DNA of 64,000 nucleotides from NCBI RefSeq assembly GCF_009914755.1, contig NC_060935.1, one strand, 5' to 3'. Shown piece by piece: positions 28,331 to 44,447 of this stretch. The notes beneath the pieces were generated by a model. The model made no database searches. It worked only from the letters and a program-made list of their open reading frames with translations, and was not told where the DNA came from. The DNA is from the human T2T-CHM13v2.0 reference genome, Homo sapiens. Position numbers and translations under genes: made by a program. The number at the start of each line of letters is the position of its first letter. Positions within the stretch are counted from its first letter, which is position 1.

Positions 28331-30145
28331 TGTTTGAAATTTGAAATGTTCTGTCTCACTTGAGTGATTTGCTTCAACTTATTTTCATGTCAAGCTTTAA
28401 ACTTCTGGAATAGAACATCAGAACACAGGCACGATTCAACCAGCCTCCAGCGATGACTCAGCCTTCAGCGATGATTCAACCCCACTAATGATTCAGTCTT
28501 TACTGACGCAAAAGTCTTTTAACGCACATTTTATTTTCTTTTTAATGGTGTTCTAAATTGAGTCAGCTCCTGTACAGAAGTCATAGTTTACTACATAGTT
28601 AGAAATCAGAGTTTACTACCTGGATTCTGGGCAAATGTTAGTGCGGGTACATCTTATTTAATTTATACTTTGACTATAGTTTATTCCTCTGGCAGAATTT
28701 ACATGCTGGAGCTGAAAAAACCTGCATGTTCTGCATATGTATCCCAGAACTTAAAGTAAAATTTAAAAATATTTAATAATAAATACATAAATAAAACAGA
28801 AGAAAGTGAAAAAAGTAAATAAATAAATAAAGCCGAGGCACAGTGGTTCATGCCTGTAATCCCAGGAAAACAAGAAAAAAGAAAAAAAATATATATATAT
28901 GACTATGACTCTGCCATGGGAATTCTCCTTAGGTTTATAAGCCAGACCCCTTCACCTGAAACATTAAGGGAGCATATAGTGAAGAACTATTCATTTATAC
29001 CAACCGAGTAGTTAGATTCAGATGTATTTCTCTGGGCCTCCTTGTGATGCAAAGAGTAATTCTATGTATGCTTTCAATCAAGATGTATTTCCATACCTTC
29101 TGCAGTTCTGCCTATCTGTCCTGGAACACAGCTGGGATTGGAGCTCTGTGATGGGAACTATGGATTATAGAGAAGTTTGACTTTCCCAGGAATTGGCACA
29201 TTATCTCTCCTAGAAAGGGTCATGTTCCTGCTTAACAGTGGGTGCAGTCTTTTCTGTCCCAGGCACAGTCACAAGTGGTGTGCCCTCCAAAAGCATTGAA
29301 AAACTTTTGTTCCAGGACACTGCAGGTTTGTCTCAAGTGCCAACCTGGTTTTGGTGGTGAGTCAGCAAAACAAAATGCTGCATTAGGCATAGAAGGGTTG
29401 ATTTTCATGACATAAGGCAAATCTCATTATAGGGTGTGCCAGGGAAAAGTCTAAACTGCTTTTTGTGTTCAAAATGGGTAATGCAATTTTAATCAGAGGA
29501 ATTGTGTGTCTTTACTATCCAGAATTTTCTTTTTTAATGGGGTTGGTTCTTCACGTCTCAGGCTATTCAATACCTTTTGTTCTCCTTTAAAATCAATTTG
29601 GAAAGATAAAAGTAATTAACTAGTAAGCAAGAATAGACTAATGAGCCTAGACTATTCACCTAGCTTAGAAATGAATTAGGACTTAAATGATTTAAGAGGT
29701 TAGTGGTGGAAAGCAAGCTGACACTTATACCAGAAAAGTGTTTTGTTTGTTTTGGGGGCTTTAAAAAAAAAACTAATTTGGGCTGTGTACAATATAAAGT
29801 TGGGAGGTTGATAACTTTAGCCAATATGAAAGAGGTGACAGTTCATATGTGGCTAAGTAACGATAGTGTTTTAAGTGGAGGTTGTGGATTTCCAAGCTTA
29901 TCCCAGCTGGTGTTCTGGGTCAGCAGCCCTCTCTGTAGAAAAAAGTTCGTTGGGTGGTTTATCATATGAGTACTACAAAGCTAGTGGCAAAACTAGTACG
30001 CTTCACTAGGGATTTTGTAACTGGAACACCTCATATATTGCCTTAGCAGTCTGTGTTTCCAGCAGAGAAACTTCAAGAAATTCAGCGTTTTTGTCTCAGT
30101 ATTGAGATCCTCTGTGTAGGTGGCTTATTTCCATGTGATGTTCAG

Positions 30146-30546
30146 TGTATTAGTTTGCTAGGGCTGCCATAACCCAAGTAGCTTGAACAACAGAAACGTA
30201 TTGTCTCACAGTTCTGGAGGCTAGAAGTCTGAGATCCAGGTCTCAGCAGGCTGGTCAGTGCTCTGAGGCTGAGCCCTTGAGTTTCCAGGCCCTCTCCTTG
30301 TCTTGTAGATGGCAGCCTTCTCTTTGTGTCTCTTTACGTGGTATTTTCCCTGAATACCTGTGCCTATATCCACATTTCCCCTTTTTATAAGACCACTAGT
30401 CATACTGGATTAGGGACCACCCTATTTAGTATGATCTCAACTAATTACATCTGCAATGAACTTATTTCCAAATAAGGTCATATTCTGAGGTAATGGGGGT
30501 TAGGAGTTCAACATACGCATTTTGGGGGGATGTAATCCAACCCACA
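30146..30546 (-). mobile_element. MLT1 MaLR LTR
   Basis: TGTATTAGTTTGCTAGGGCTGCCATAAC...TTGTCTCACAGTTCTGGAGGCTAGAAGTCTGAGATC. Confidence 0.8.
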
Positions 30547-31262
30547 AAATTCAGTCTACTCAGGTTTCTACTGACACTGGTTCTAGGAAAAGGTCTATTA
30601 GCTTTCCTCAGCTGTTTGGAAGACTATTTCCTTTAACAGTAGCTGGGCAGATGCTAATCTTCCTTTTCATATTCACAGAACACAGTTGTTCAGTCAATGC
30701 ACTGGCTCCCTGACTTGGCCCTGATCCAGATCTACTGCATCAGCATCTCTGAATTTGGAAGCTTGGAATCTGTATTTTTAGCAGGCTCCTTGGGAGATCC
30801 TGATGCAGTCAACCCTGTCCTTCTTGTTGAACCTACTTTCAAGAGGCATTGGGGTGTATTAATTCCCCTCACTTGCTGGTTTTCTGGGTACTGTGGTCCT
30901 GGATAACCTTTGCCTTGCTTTAGTGAGTAACCTGTTTGCTAGTGAAGATTGAAATAGCCTTTGAAAACCAGATCTGTATTGTCCTGGAGTGAAGCACAAA
31001 AACTTAGAGATGCCAGTGAGAATAGTTCATTTCCCCTTATTTGTATCAAAAGAGGGATTTGATTAGTGAATTCAAGGTGGTTCGATGTGGTTTCACCTTT
31101 TCATTTGTTTCCTCACCTGGTCGTAGTAGGCTCCAGAAGTCCAGGTTCTTGTTTTCTGTTGAGTGGATGATGTCATTAATGTGATTAGTGTGGCCACTGT
31201 GACATTTATTAGGCATCTCATGGCCCATCTCATTAGAACCTTATGGCTTCTGATTCTAATGA

Positions 31263-31887
<625 letters not shown>

Positions 31888-32111
31888 TTCTAATCTCTGT
31901 TGTTTTATTTGATGTCTAGGAGGGGGCTTGTGAAGTGGCGAGGTCCTAGCTGGTTCAAGGGACCCAGATCACAGGCCCTGTTTGGTTGCCAAGTAGCTAT
32001 GGAGCCTGGAGTTTGCTGGTTAGCTTTTGGAGGCCACTACCTCCTTGTCTGTCAGAAGGAGGTGACCAGTGAACCCACCTTCCTACTGCAAAATTCTTAA
32101 ACATTTTTCTG

Positions 32112-32428
32112 TTTTTTTGAGACAGAGTCTCATTCCATCGCCCAGGCTGGAGTGCAGTTGTGTGATTTCGGCTCACTGCAGGAGTGCGATTTCGGTCACT
32201 GCAGCCTCCACCTACCCAGCTCAAGCAATCCTCCCACCTCAGCCTCCCAAGTAGCTGGGACCACAGGCATGCGCCACCATGGCTGGCTAATTTTTGTATT
32301 TTTTTTTGTAGAGACAGGGTTTTGCCATGCTTCCCACCCAGGCTGGTCTTGAACTCCTGGGTTCAAGTGATCTGCTTGCCTCGGCCTCCCAAAGTGCTGG
32401 GATTACCATGAGCCATCGCACCCGGCCT
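32112..32428 (-). mobile_element. Alu with small internal duplication
   Basis: Reverse Alu; GATTTCGG(C)TCACTGCAG occurs twice. Confidence 0.9.
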
Positions 32429-34998
32429 GAAAAATTCTTTGACTCTATGAAACACAGAAGAAAGAATATCCAATTGGAAAACTTTTTCAAGAACATATAG
32501 ATTGACCCAGGAATCCTCAGTATCTGCTTGATTTTATTTATCTATCCAGAACTTCTCTAACCAAGATCTTTCCCCTACCATTGAACATCAAATATGGAGA
32601 TGCCCTCCAGGACACAAACAAAAGGTGCCTCAGATTATACCATTTGGTGTTTGTCAGCATCTTTGTTTTCTAGTCTAATTTATAGGGTTGGATTGAAAGG
32701 GAGTGAAGGAGAAAGAACCTGAAGCAGAAATAGGGCTGAATGGGACCTTTACAGAATGATAGACCCACCCTTCTTGGAAAAAGATCCCCATGATTTACTT
32801 TTTTATAAATTAATTAATTTTTTAGAGACAGGGTCTCACTGTGTTGCCAAGGCTAGACTCAAATTCCTGGGATCAAGCGATCTTCCTGCTTCAGCCTCCT
32901 GAGTAGCTGGGACCACAGACCACCGTGCCTGACCCCATGACCTTCTTGAGTCGTTTAGACGTGCTAACTTGTCCTATCAGTCAGCACTGAAATACTATAC
33001 CTTGTTAGGATGAGTTGTTCTGAAGCCAGAATGTTGTTTTTAGTTTTCAGGCACTGGTAAAGAAGATTAGAAGAAATACTTAGTAGCTTTGGATTTTAGT
33101 AAGACTTAAGAGTCGTTGGAGAATTTGCTGCCTTTGATGTTGTGGAGCCTATGAGGATATCTCTACTGAGTGTAGTATACTGTGTTTATTCTTTTTGAGA
33201 GGGTGCTGGGAAAGGACTTTATAGTGGGAACTTATTTAATTAATTCCTTTTTCTAGAAGGGACTCAGATTCCTAGCTTAGAGCAGGACACATTGGCTATG
33301 GAATCATAAAGACAGAATGACATGTGGACTTAATACTCTCAGAAGAGATGTCTGTCCACATGGTTAGGGAAACTAAGTACAGTTTTTCTAAAAATTGTGT
33401 TTCTGAGATATGAAATAGCTTGCTTTAGTTAGTTTTTCTGTTGTTTTTTTAATCGAGCTATTGGAGAACAATAAAGGGCATGAATAAGATTTTCGAGATC
33501 GCTCCTTTCATCTGTAAATAGAATCTTCCTCACTCCAGAGAAAATTGGTGTGTGATACCTCCTAGTCAGTCATCAGGACCCATGCTTCAGTTTGATTTTT
33601 AAGTCTTTGAAAGCTGTTGACCCTTTTGCTTTTGAGTTTCATTCACCAGCTAAAAGGCCACGCCATCAGGGTGACGGAAGTGAAATTCAAAATTTAGTGG
33701 GCTTGGAAAAACGCGTATTTATAATGAGCTTGAAGGCTCAGAGGATTTGTGAAATCGTTTTGGATTAACAGCCATTGATTGCTAATAAAACAATATTTAG
33801 CTTTGTCCAGAGAACAGCAATGGAGAAAGGTATGGGCACCTTGTCAACAGGCCCCATTGAGCAGGGATGATGGGCTAAGTGTGGGGGTCTCTGCAGCAGC
33901 GTGGGTGCTCGTCCTTCAAGGAGCGGTTGTCAGTCGTTAGCGAGGCGGGTGAAAGGAAGGACGCCAAAGTCTGATGGCCGGGGTGGTATTGATGTGCCTT
34001 CGCTGACTAATCAGATTGAAAAAGTCCCATGGTATTTATGTCACTTTAATTTTCATCAAACAATTGGAGACGACAGCACTCTATTAAGGAGAGGTTGATC
34101 CAGAACTAAAGCCAAATAAATTAGGGTCTCAGTTTAATCAAATTATCCTTTTACTGGCTCTGGATTAAGTGAGAGAGACAGCGTCGGTCAGGAGACTTGT
34201 GATTGGCTGAATCTTTCCCTTATTTTTAAAGAAACGGATGAAAGAAAAAGTATTTTAACAGACTACTATAATAATCCTTCCAATCAATCTTGCTAAAACA
34301 ACAACAAAAAAAAAACTGAATTTATTTCACTAGTCAACTGTGTCATTTTGTTGTGAATAACTAACCTGTCATTAAAATCAGAGTTCTGATAAACTGGCAT
34401 GAGGGGAAGAAACAGATGTGGAAGAAAAATTTAGTGTCTTAGAATTTTTCTATGTAGTTTTGGGCTGTTTCTCTTGGCACACTTTCAGCACATCTAAAGT
34501 CTCCATTTGGAGAATGGCTCTGAGGGTAATCACTTCTCTCAGGATGTGCTGAGTACTTAAATTGGTTTGCTTTACACTAATTTTAAAAGCAACTGCATGA
34601 ATTTGAGTCGGTATATAGACAGCTTGGCAAGTCCGTTGTTCAGGACTGAGTGTCAAAGTATACAACAAAAAGTATACAAAAGGAGATGGTGATGACTCGT
34701 GAGTAAAGAGGTAAGTTTATATTACCCACAAACTAAGGTAGAAAAAGTAAGGCAGAAAAATAACACTGTCCTCCAGGTGGTGGATATAGTTAAAAATGTA
34801 CTTGTGAGTGATGGGAAAGGAGGATGAGGAAGGCTTTTACAGTAATGGTAATGTTCTATTTCTTGATCTTGGAACTGGTGGCAGAGCATGTTCAGTTTAT
34901 GAAAATTTATTGAGCTCTATACTTATGTTTACTTTTATGATACACTTCCATACAAAGTTAAAAAATCTGCATGGGCGTATTGTTTTAAAATTGAATTC

Positions 34999-35678
34999 TG
35001 TATTAGTTTCCTATTGCTGCTTTAATAAATTCCTCAAATTTAGCAGCTTAAGACAACACAAATTTATCATCTTAGAAGTCTGACACGGGTTTACCTGAGA
35101 TAAAATCAAGGTGTTGACAGAGCTGCATTCCTTTCTGGGAGGCTGTAGGACAGAAACCATTTCCATACGTTTTTCAGCTTCTAGAGGCCACCCCCATTCC
35201 TTGGCCTGTGGTCCCCTTACCATCCTTAAGGCCAGCAATGTGGTAGCTGAGCCCTTCTTAGGTTGCATTACTCCAGCCTGCTCTTCTGCCTCGTTCTTTT
35301 ACTTTTAAGGGCCCTTGTGATTACATTGGGCCCACATGGATAATTCAAACTAATCTCTCTGTTTCAAGGCCAGCTGATTAGCACCCTAATTCTAAACACT
35401 GAATTTCTAAAACACTGAATTTCCCTTCCACATCTATTTCTTCCCCTCATGCCAGTTCACTAGAACTCTGATTTTAATAATGTGTTTGTTACAACAAAAT
35501 GACACAGTTGACTGGTGAAATAAATTCAGTTTTTTTGTTGTTGTTGTTTTAGCATGATTCATCTTGCTTCTGCCTAAATACCATCTGTGATGGAATTCCC
35601 CCTTGTCATGTAACATGACATATTCACAAAGATTAGGACGTGGGCATCTTTGAGGGACCATTATTCTGCCTACCACAA
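34999..35678 (-). mobile_element. MLT1D-like LTR interrupted by a ~190-bp non-LTR insert
   Basis: TGTATTAGTTTCCTATTGCTGC...GGGACCATTATTCTGCCTACCACA; foreign sequence at 35392-35580. Confidence 0.8.
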
Positions 35679-35968
35679 TCACGGATTAGTCATTTTCATT
35701 AGCGAGAGAGGGTGGGGGATAAAAAAGGAACATGGGTACAGTGAAAAGAGCACTGCTCAGAGTCCAGAATCTGCACTCTGCTCTCGGCTCTCCCACTTCC
35801 CAGCTAACAGTTCACCCGCCCACTGGACCTTGGTTCCTGTCTATATCATGAGGGGACTGGATGTGATATTTCCTAAGGTACCTTCTAACATTCTGTGAAA
35901 GATACACATCGCCCTACCAAATAGAACATTTAGAATCAGTAACTACTGAGGAGCAAATTTTTTAATTA

Positions 35969-36272
<304 letters not shown>

Positions 36273-37272
36273 ACTGGGGCAGTAGTCCAGTCTTCAGATT
36301 TGGAATTCCTACTACTCTAAGACCTCATTCTGTAATTGTGACTACCTATAAAGTTCAGCTTCAATAGACTTTAGACTTGTCTTCAGCTGTCTTGGGTTTG
36401 AAGATGCCAGAATTTATGGTGGTCTCAAGAGACTGTTACTCCTTGGAATTCCCTTTTCTGGGTAAAGGTGCATGCTTTTCAGTTAGGCCCTGGAAGTGAG
36501 TCTATATTCTGTTATTTGTGTCATTCTCTTCCCTCCCCCTTTTATTGCCACTTAGTTCTGTTTGTTTCTGACTGGATTTACCTTTTCTCTGCTTTCATTG
36601 GCGTTTTGTTCATTCATTTTTGGAGCATCTACCATATGCTGGACATGTGCTGATGCTGAGAGATGAATTAAGAAAAAAGACCCAGCCACTGCCTTCACTG
36701 GACTGAATCTAGATTGGGTGTCTCCAAACACTTTTGATTAGAGACCCATTAATAAAAACGTTTGAGGATGCATTCTTTACTAATGTGTGAGGTACATTGT
36801 AGAGCATACACAAAAATTGGGAATTAAATAGACTTTGTTCTCTTAGTGCCTGGGGAGTGTCCTCACCCGTACTCGGAGACCCTACCACATTAGAATTGAC
36901 ACAGAAAACAGGAGTGTAAAGTTGTGAAGTTATTAAGACAAAAAAAAAAAGTCTGGCTTAAAAGTAGTTTCTCAGCCTGATCTTACTGTTCCCTTTGTTC
37001 TTTGCAGATTTGTTTGGTGTCTGTGTTTCAATGTCATTGTCCTTGTTTCCTTATTGCAGTCCAGCCTTGCTGCTAAAGCTGGTGTGCCTATCCAGAGGAC
37101 CAGACCTGGAGCCTTTCCCAGGGTCTAAGCCTGACTTTCATGTATTGCTTGGACACATTTTATTTAGATCTCCATCCTTCCAGGCCTCCCAGCCTGCTAC
37201 CCAAGCCAAGTAGTAATCTTTAAGATGAACTTGCTGCTTTTTGGAAATAACTCATGTCCTTTTCCCCCTTAG

Positions 37273-37569
<297 letters not shown>

Positions 37570-37787
37570 TGATTGGAAAGGTAATTTCCAATGTCTTCCT
37601 CTCTATTAATTATCCAGCAACAAATGGAATGAGATATGGCATCTCCAGCCTTGACTGTCAGCATGGCAGCTTAGCATTGGAAGAGACTTGGAGGCAGTGA
37701 TTCTTAAACTTTTCCGTCAGTCTCCCTAATGACTGAGCGGAAAGAAGAGCTTTTATTTGTGTAGAGATTTGGAGAAATCTATCCTGA

Positions 37788-38087
<300 letters not shown>

Positions 38088-39450
38088 TAAAAGTCTTAAC
38101 GTTTTATCTTTTAAAAATTTATGCACATTTTGCTATTCTTAGTACTATACATATCCCTGTTTATTTTAATTTAAAAGGTTTCTATTAACTTACCTTTCAG
38201 TTAAATTGATGCTGTTGGAAGATAGGCATGGCTTTGTCTTTGTGTGCCTCCCTTTGCACCCCAGGTGCCCACAGTTTAAGCAGCAGAGCCACAGAGGTCA
38301 TTCAGCCATAGACTTTTCCTATGTGAAGTCCTTTTACAGAAGTTCATCTCCTTTCTGCTTAAATATCTCCAGCACTACAGAGATTACTATCTCGTTAGCC
38401 AACTTTTTCTATTTTGGGTCAGATCTACTTGTCCAAAAGTCTTTACCTTGAAGTGAAATTTATTGTTATGTAAATACAAATTGTTATCAGTTCTGCCTTT
38501 TAAAATAACAAAAATACGTCCAGTCTTTCTTTTGCATTGTAGTTTTTAAGACATTTGGAGATTATGACCCCCTTAATTGTATGTTTCCCAGGCATAACAC
38601 CTTTAAATCCTTGCACCATTCTTTATGGGTTCCTGTGTCTAGCTCCTTCATGACTGCATCACTTTGCTAAGGGTGAACTTTGCAGTGATATTATACTGGA
38701 ACTGCACTGGGAGTACTATTCATGCTCCGAACACTATGTTTTTTTTAAAAAATAGGATATAAGATTGTTACTATTTTACCAAACATCCTTATTATGTTGT
38801 TGGCTCATGATCAGCCTGTAATATTAAAAATTTCCAGATTTTTTTCACATGGCTTATAGCTGAGCCATATCTCACCTATCCTAAAATAGTATTTTGAACC
38901 AGATGAAGATCAGTGAGCCACCAATGAAATTACATGAAGAATGGAAAAGTTTCCACTTAATTGTCAGAGTTTAGAACAATTCTTAAAAGGAAAAAATCTG
39001 TTTTCCTTTTTTTTTAGAGTCAAAGTCTTGCTCTGTCACCCAGGTTGAAGTGCAGTGGTGCGGTCACAGCTCACTACAACCTCAGATTCCTGGGCTCAAG
39101 CAATCTCCAGCCTCAACCTCCTGAGCAGCTGGGACTACAGGCATGAGGGATCAGGCCCAACTTGTTTTTTAAAACACTGACACATGTGGGTTCTGAGAAA
39201 GGTTATCAAATAGGATTTTTGCTCTCATTAGCAAGATCAACATTTATACCTTTTAGGAAAGAAAATATACATAAGATATTTCCTCATTGTTAAAGATAAA
39301 GGCGTTACTACTGACTCACTGGGTTATAATAATGATTTAACCAGATTTTTAAAAAAATAGCTAACACTAAATGAGCCAGGCAGTATTCTGAGGGCTTTTA
39401 TGTGCATTTGCGTGGAAACAGGTACTGTGATATTAAGACCACCAGCTGTT

Positions 39451-39787
<337 letters not shown>

Positions 39788-40506
39788 TTAAGCGGCAAAG
39801 CTAGAGCTTGAACCCAGGCTGATTCCAAGGCCTATGCCACTAGCTATTAAGTAATGAATAGCCTTTGTCACTAATACATGCAAAAGGGACCCAGCAGAGA
39901 TTGGACCGTGACAGAGCCTCAGCAAATATTAAGGCCAATACAACGGAAAGACACTTCTGATTTCACTGCAATTGGCCTGCATTACCTGCAGCCTGGGATT
40001 ATGAATTAGATTAATAAAGGACAGAAATGACAACCAAATGATCCAACCCAGAATGACGCTGAACAATATATAATTGCTTTTACAATTTGGAAAGATTATC
40101 TTTCCAAAATAATCCTTCAACTACTGTGTGTAACATTCCTAGTATTTATTGCTTATTTTCTCAGCCTCCATGTGTGTATGAACTCCCCCGCCCCACCCAA
40201 TTTTAGAAACTCCTTTATTGTTTAGGAACATTTATTCTACTCAATGAAGTTTCAATTGCATTCATTCATGGTGGGCCAGCTCTGGGGGCTTGGATCAATC
40301 ATGTGCTTTATGGGCATTCTGCTGGTGCCGTGGGGAGACGTGTCAGGATGTGGAGCCCAGAGTACTGGATGGGCCTCATGTCCTCTGTTCTCAGGGTTTA
40401 TAAGCTTTGGTTTCCTCATCTATTCAGGGTGAAGGTATACTTTCCAGACATGTGACATTTTATTATTGGGTATCATCCTTGACCTCAAGGAGTTTATAAT
40501 CTGCTT

Positions 40507-41038
40507 GTATTGAGGGATCCTCAAAGACACCCCCAAGTTTGGTAATTCACTAGAAGGTTTCATAGGACTCAGCATATAGTCATACTCACAGCTACAACTT
40601 ATCGCATTGAAAGGATATAGAGCAAAATCAGCAAAGGGAAAAGGTGTGTCGGGTGAAGTCTGGAGGAAAGTAGGTACAAGCTTCCAAGAGGCCTCTCCCC
40701 ATAGAGCTTGCACAGGATGTGCTTAATGTCTCCAGCGATGAACGTTTTCTGCCAGAGAAACTCATCTGAGCCTAGGAATGCAGGGTTTTTATGGGAGCCA
40801 GTTACATAGGCACATTGGCCTAGCCAAATTGCAGCCCTCCAGAAGAAAGGCAAGTTTTCAGCATAAACCACATTGTTTGTACAGACAGTTTAGGCATAGT
40901 ACATGACCCTTATCAGATAGGGAATGGTGGGAACACACCGAAAATCCAAGGTTGCAAGCACAAGCCAGGGGCCAAACTTGCAACAGGCCTTTCTAAGGAT
41001 AGCAGTCTCAGCCTGCTATGGTATCTCTTTTATGCACA
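40507..41038 (-). mobile_element. MER21-like LTR
   Basis: Reverse strand begins TGTGCATAAAAGAGATACCATAGCAGGCTGAGACTGCTATCCTTAGAAAGGCCTG. Confidence 0.75.
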
Positions 41039-41082
41039 CTGCTAATAGAGACAAAACAAATCTTTTAAAAAGCTAAGAAATG

Positions 41083-42123
<1,041 letters not shown>

Positions 42124-42868
42124 CTATCACACACAAAAAATACATAAATAAATAAATAATTAAAATTAAAAAAATTTTAAAAAGAAAAAGATATTTAAAA
42201 ATAGCTACTTAAATGTCTGTGATGAGACAGGTTAAGTGCCAATTGAGTGGTACACACAGGCCAAGAAGGAGGCGTGCATGACCGTGTGGTAGTTCACAGG
42301 CCTTTGGAAGTGCCTGTGGGCTGAGCTCCTCAGGCATTTTGTTTCCAGAGATGCCTGCCATGAAAATGCATGCTTTATTTAACAAATTAGATTTAAAGCA
42401 TCATCTAGATGTAATCTGTCTTAAAATTTTGTGAGGTTTAAGAAGTGAGTAATATAGTGGGTCTATGGTTTTCTGACCCACTGGAACTACCTATAAACCA
42501 AAAAAACGTTAGTGTCTGCTAGCATGCAACATGAATTCTGGACTAAATAGAGGATATTCTTTTATGATTGTACTAACGTATGACTTACCCTCTCTGAATC
42601 TGTTTTAATATCAATAAAGTGAGAGGACTGACTATGCAGCCATTCACTCATTTAGTGGATCTTTTAAATGAAAGACTACACATCAGGATTAAATGATCTC
42701 TTCCTTAATTTCCCAGACTCCTTGGAACCTAAAATTCTAGATAAGGATATTTTGAGTATTGAGATCTGCAAAAGCAGATTATCTCAAAACCACAAATTAT
42801 TCTCTCTTAAACTTCACACAGGTGAGCTGGTCGCGATTAAATACTGAAAATGTGTTTTTTCTTAATAG

Positions 42869-42930
42869 GGAGAAGTAGAAGCCAAGGTTGAAGAATTAAA
42901 ATTTGATCGTTACTCTGTATTTAGGCCTGG
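42869..42930 (+). CDS. HTATIP2: HTATIP2 exon 5 (G148-G168)
   Basis: AATAG|GGA acceptor; GEVEAKVEELKFDRYSVFRPG; TGG|GTAAGT donor; 62 nt. Confidence 0.97.
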
Positions 42931-43199
42931 GTAAGTATAATATTTATACTGAATGAGAGTATGCCACTGTTGGTTAATCCCTAGATACTAATTTTTCATT
43001 TGGAAAGGCTGACAGCTGAAATATCTAAGATATGAAAGACATTGGCTACAGGTAGATTGCTTCTCTGAAGGACACACCTTTTTGCTTAGAAAGAAAGGGT
43101 AGATGGTGGGGCCTGCTTCAGAATAGTCTGGAACTTCCTGGACAGCATTTGCTGCCTTCTTAAATCCTCTTCATGTGCCAAATAAAACCTTACGTCTAC

Positions 43200-43887
<688 letters not shown>

Positions 43888-44089
43888 CCACACTGGAGAA
43901 ATGGTTTTTATTGTCAACCTTAACACCCATCACCAAATCGGTAATTTCAGGGTCTAAAAAAAGTCAGCATGTTTTAACTTTGTTGTTTTACTATCCTCAG
44001 GCATCCATTCCAATCAAGAAATGATGGTGCTCTGCATCAGTGGTTCAGAGCCTGGTTATACATATAGATCACTCAGGGAGCTTTGGAAA

Positions 44090-44095
44090 AATAAA
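44090..44095 (+). terminator. HTATIP2: Proximal 3' UTR polyadenylation signal
   Basis: AATAAA about 200 nt after the stop codon. Confidence 0.55.
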
Positions 44096-44429
44096 GATTT
44101 GTCAGCCCTATCTCAAACTTGAATCAAAATTTCTGGGGTGTGGGCACAATAATCTGTAATTTTCTTTGTTTATACTTCCCCTGATGCCACTGGTTCCGAT
44201 GCCACTGGCTGGGGGGCCTGCTTTGAAATGCTTGTCTGCAGAGTCACAGCAGCCATGAAAACCTTATGACCGTGCAAATGAGCTCTGCTCTAAAATTGTT
44301 GACATTCATGTCTCTGAGTTACAAAAGTGCTAATTCACTACATGTAATTGTGTAAGTAAACATTGTGCCTTTACTACTTCTTTATGTAATAGAAGTTATA
44401 TACCTAAGCTTATATAATACATGGGGAGG

Positions 44430-44447
44430 ATTAAATAAAGGAATAAA
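44430..44447 (+). terminator. HTATIP2: Distal polyadenylation signal cluster
   Basis: Overlapping ATTAAA/AATAAA (44430-44439) and a second AATAAA (44442-44447), with TGTA motifs upstream. Confidence 0.75.

Noticed and set aside
28431-28500. Spaced short repeats as a CRISPR-like array or coding repeat
   Set aside because: Eukaryotic context, degenerate units without unique spacers, and no convincing exon boundaries.
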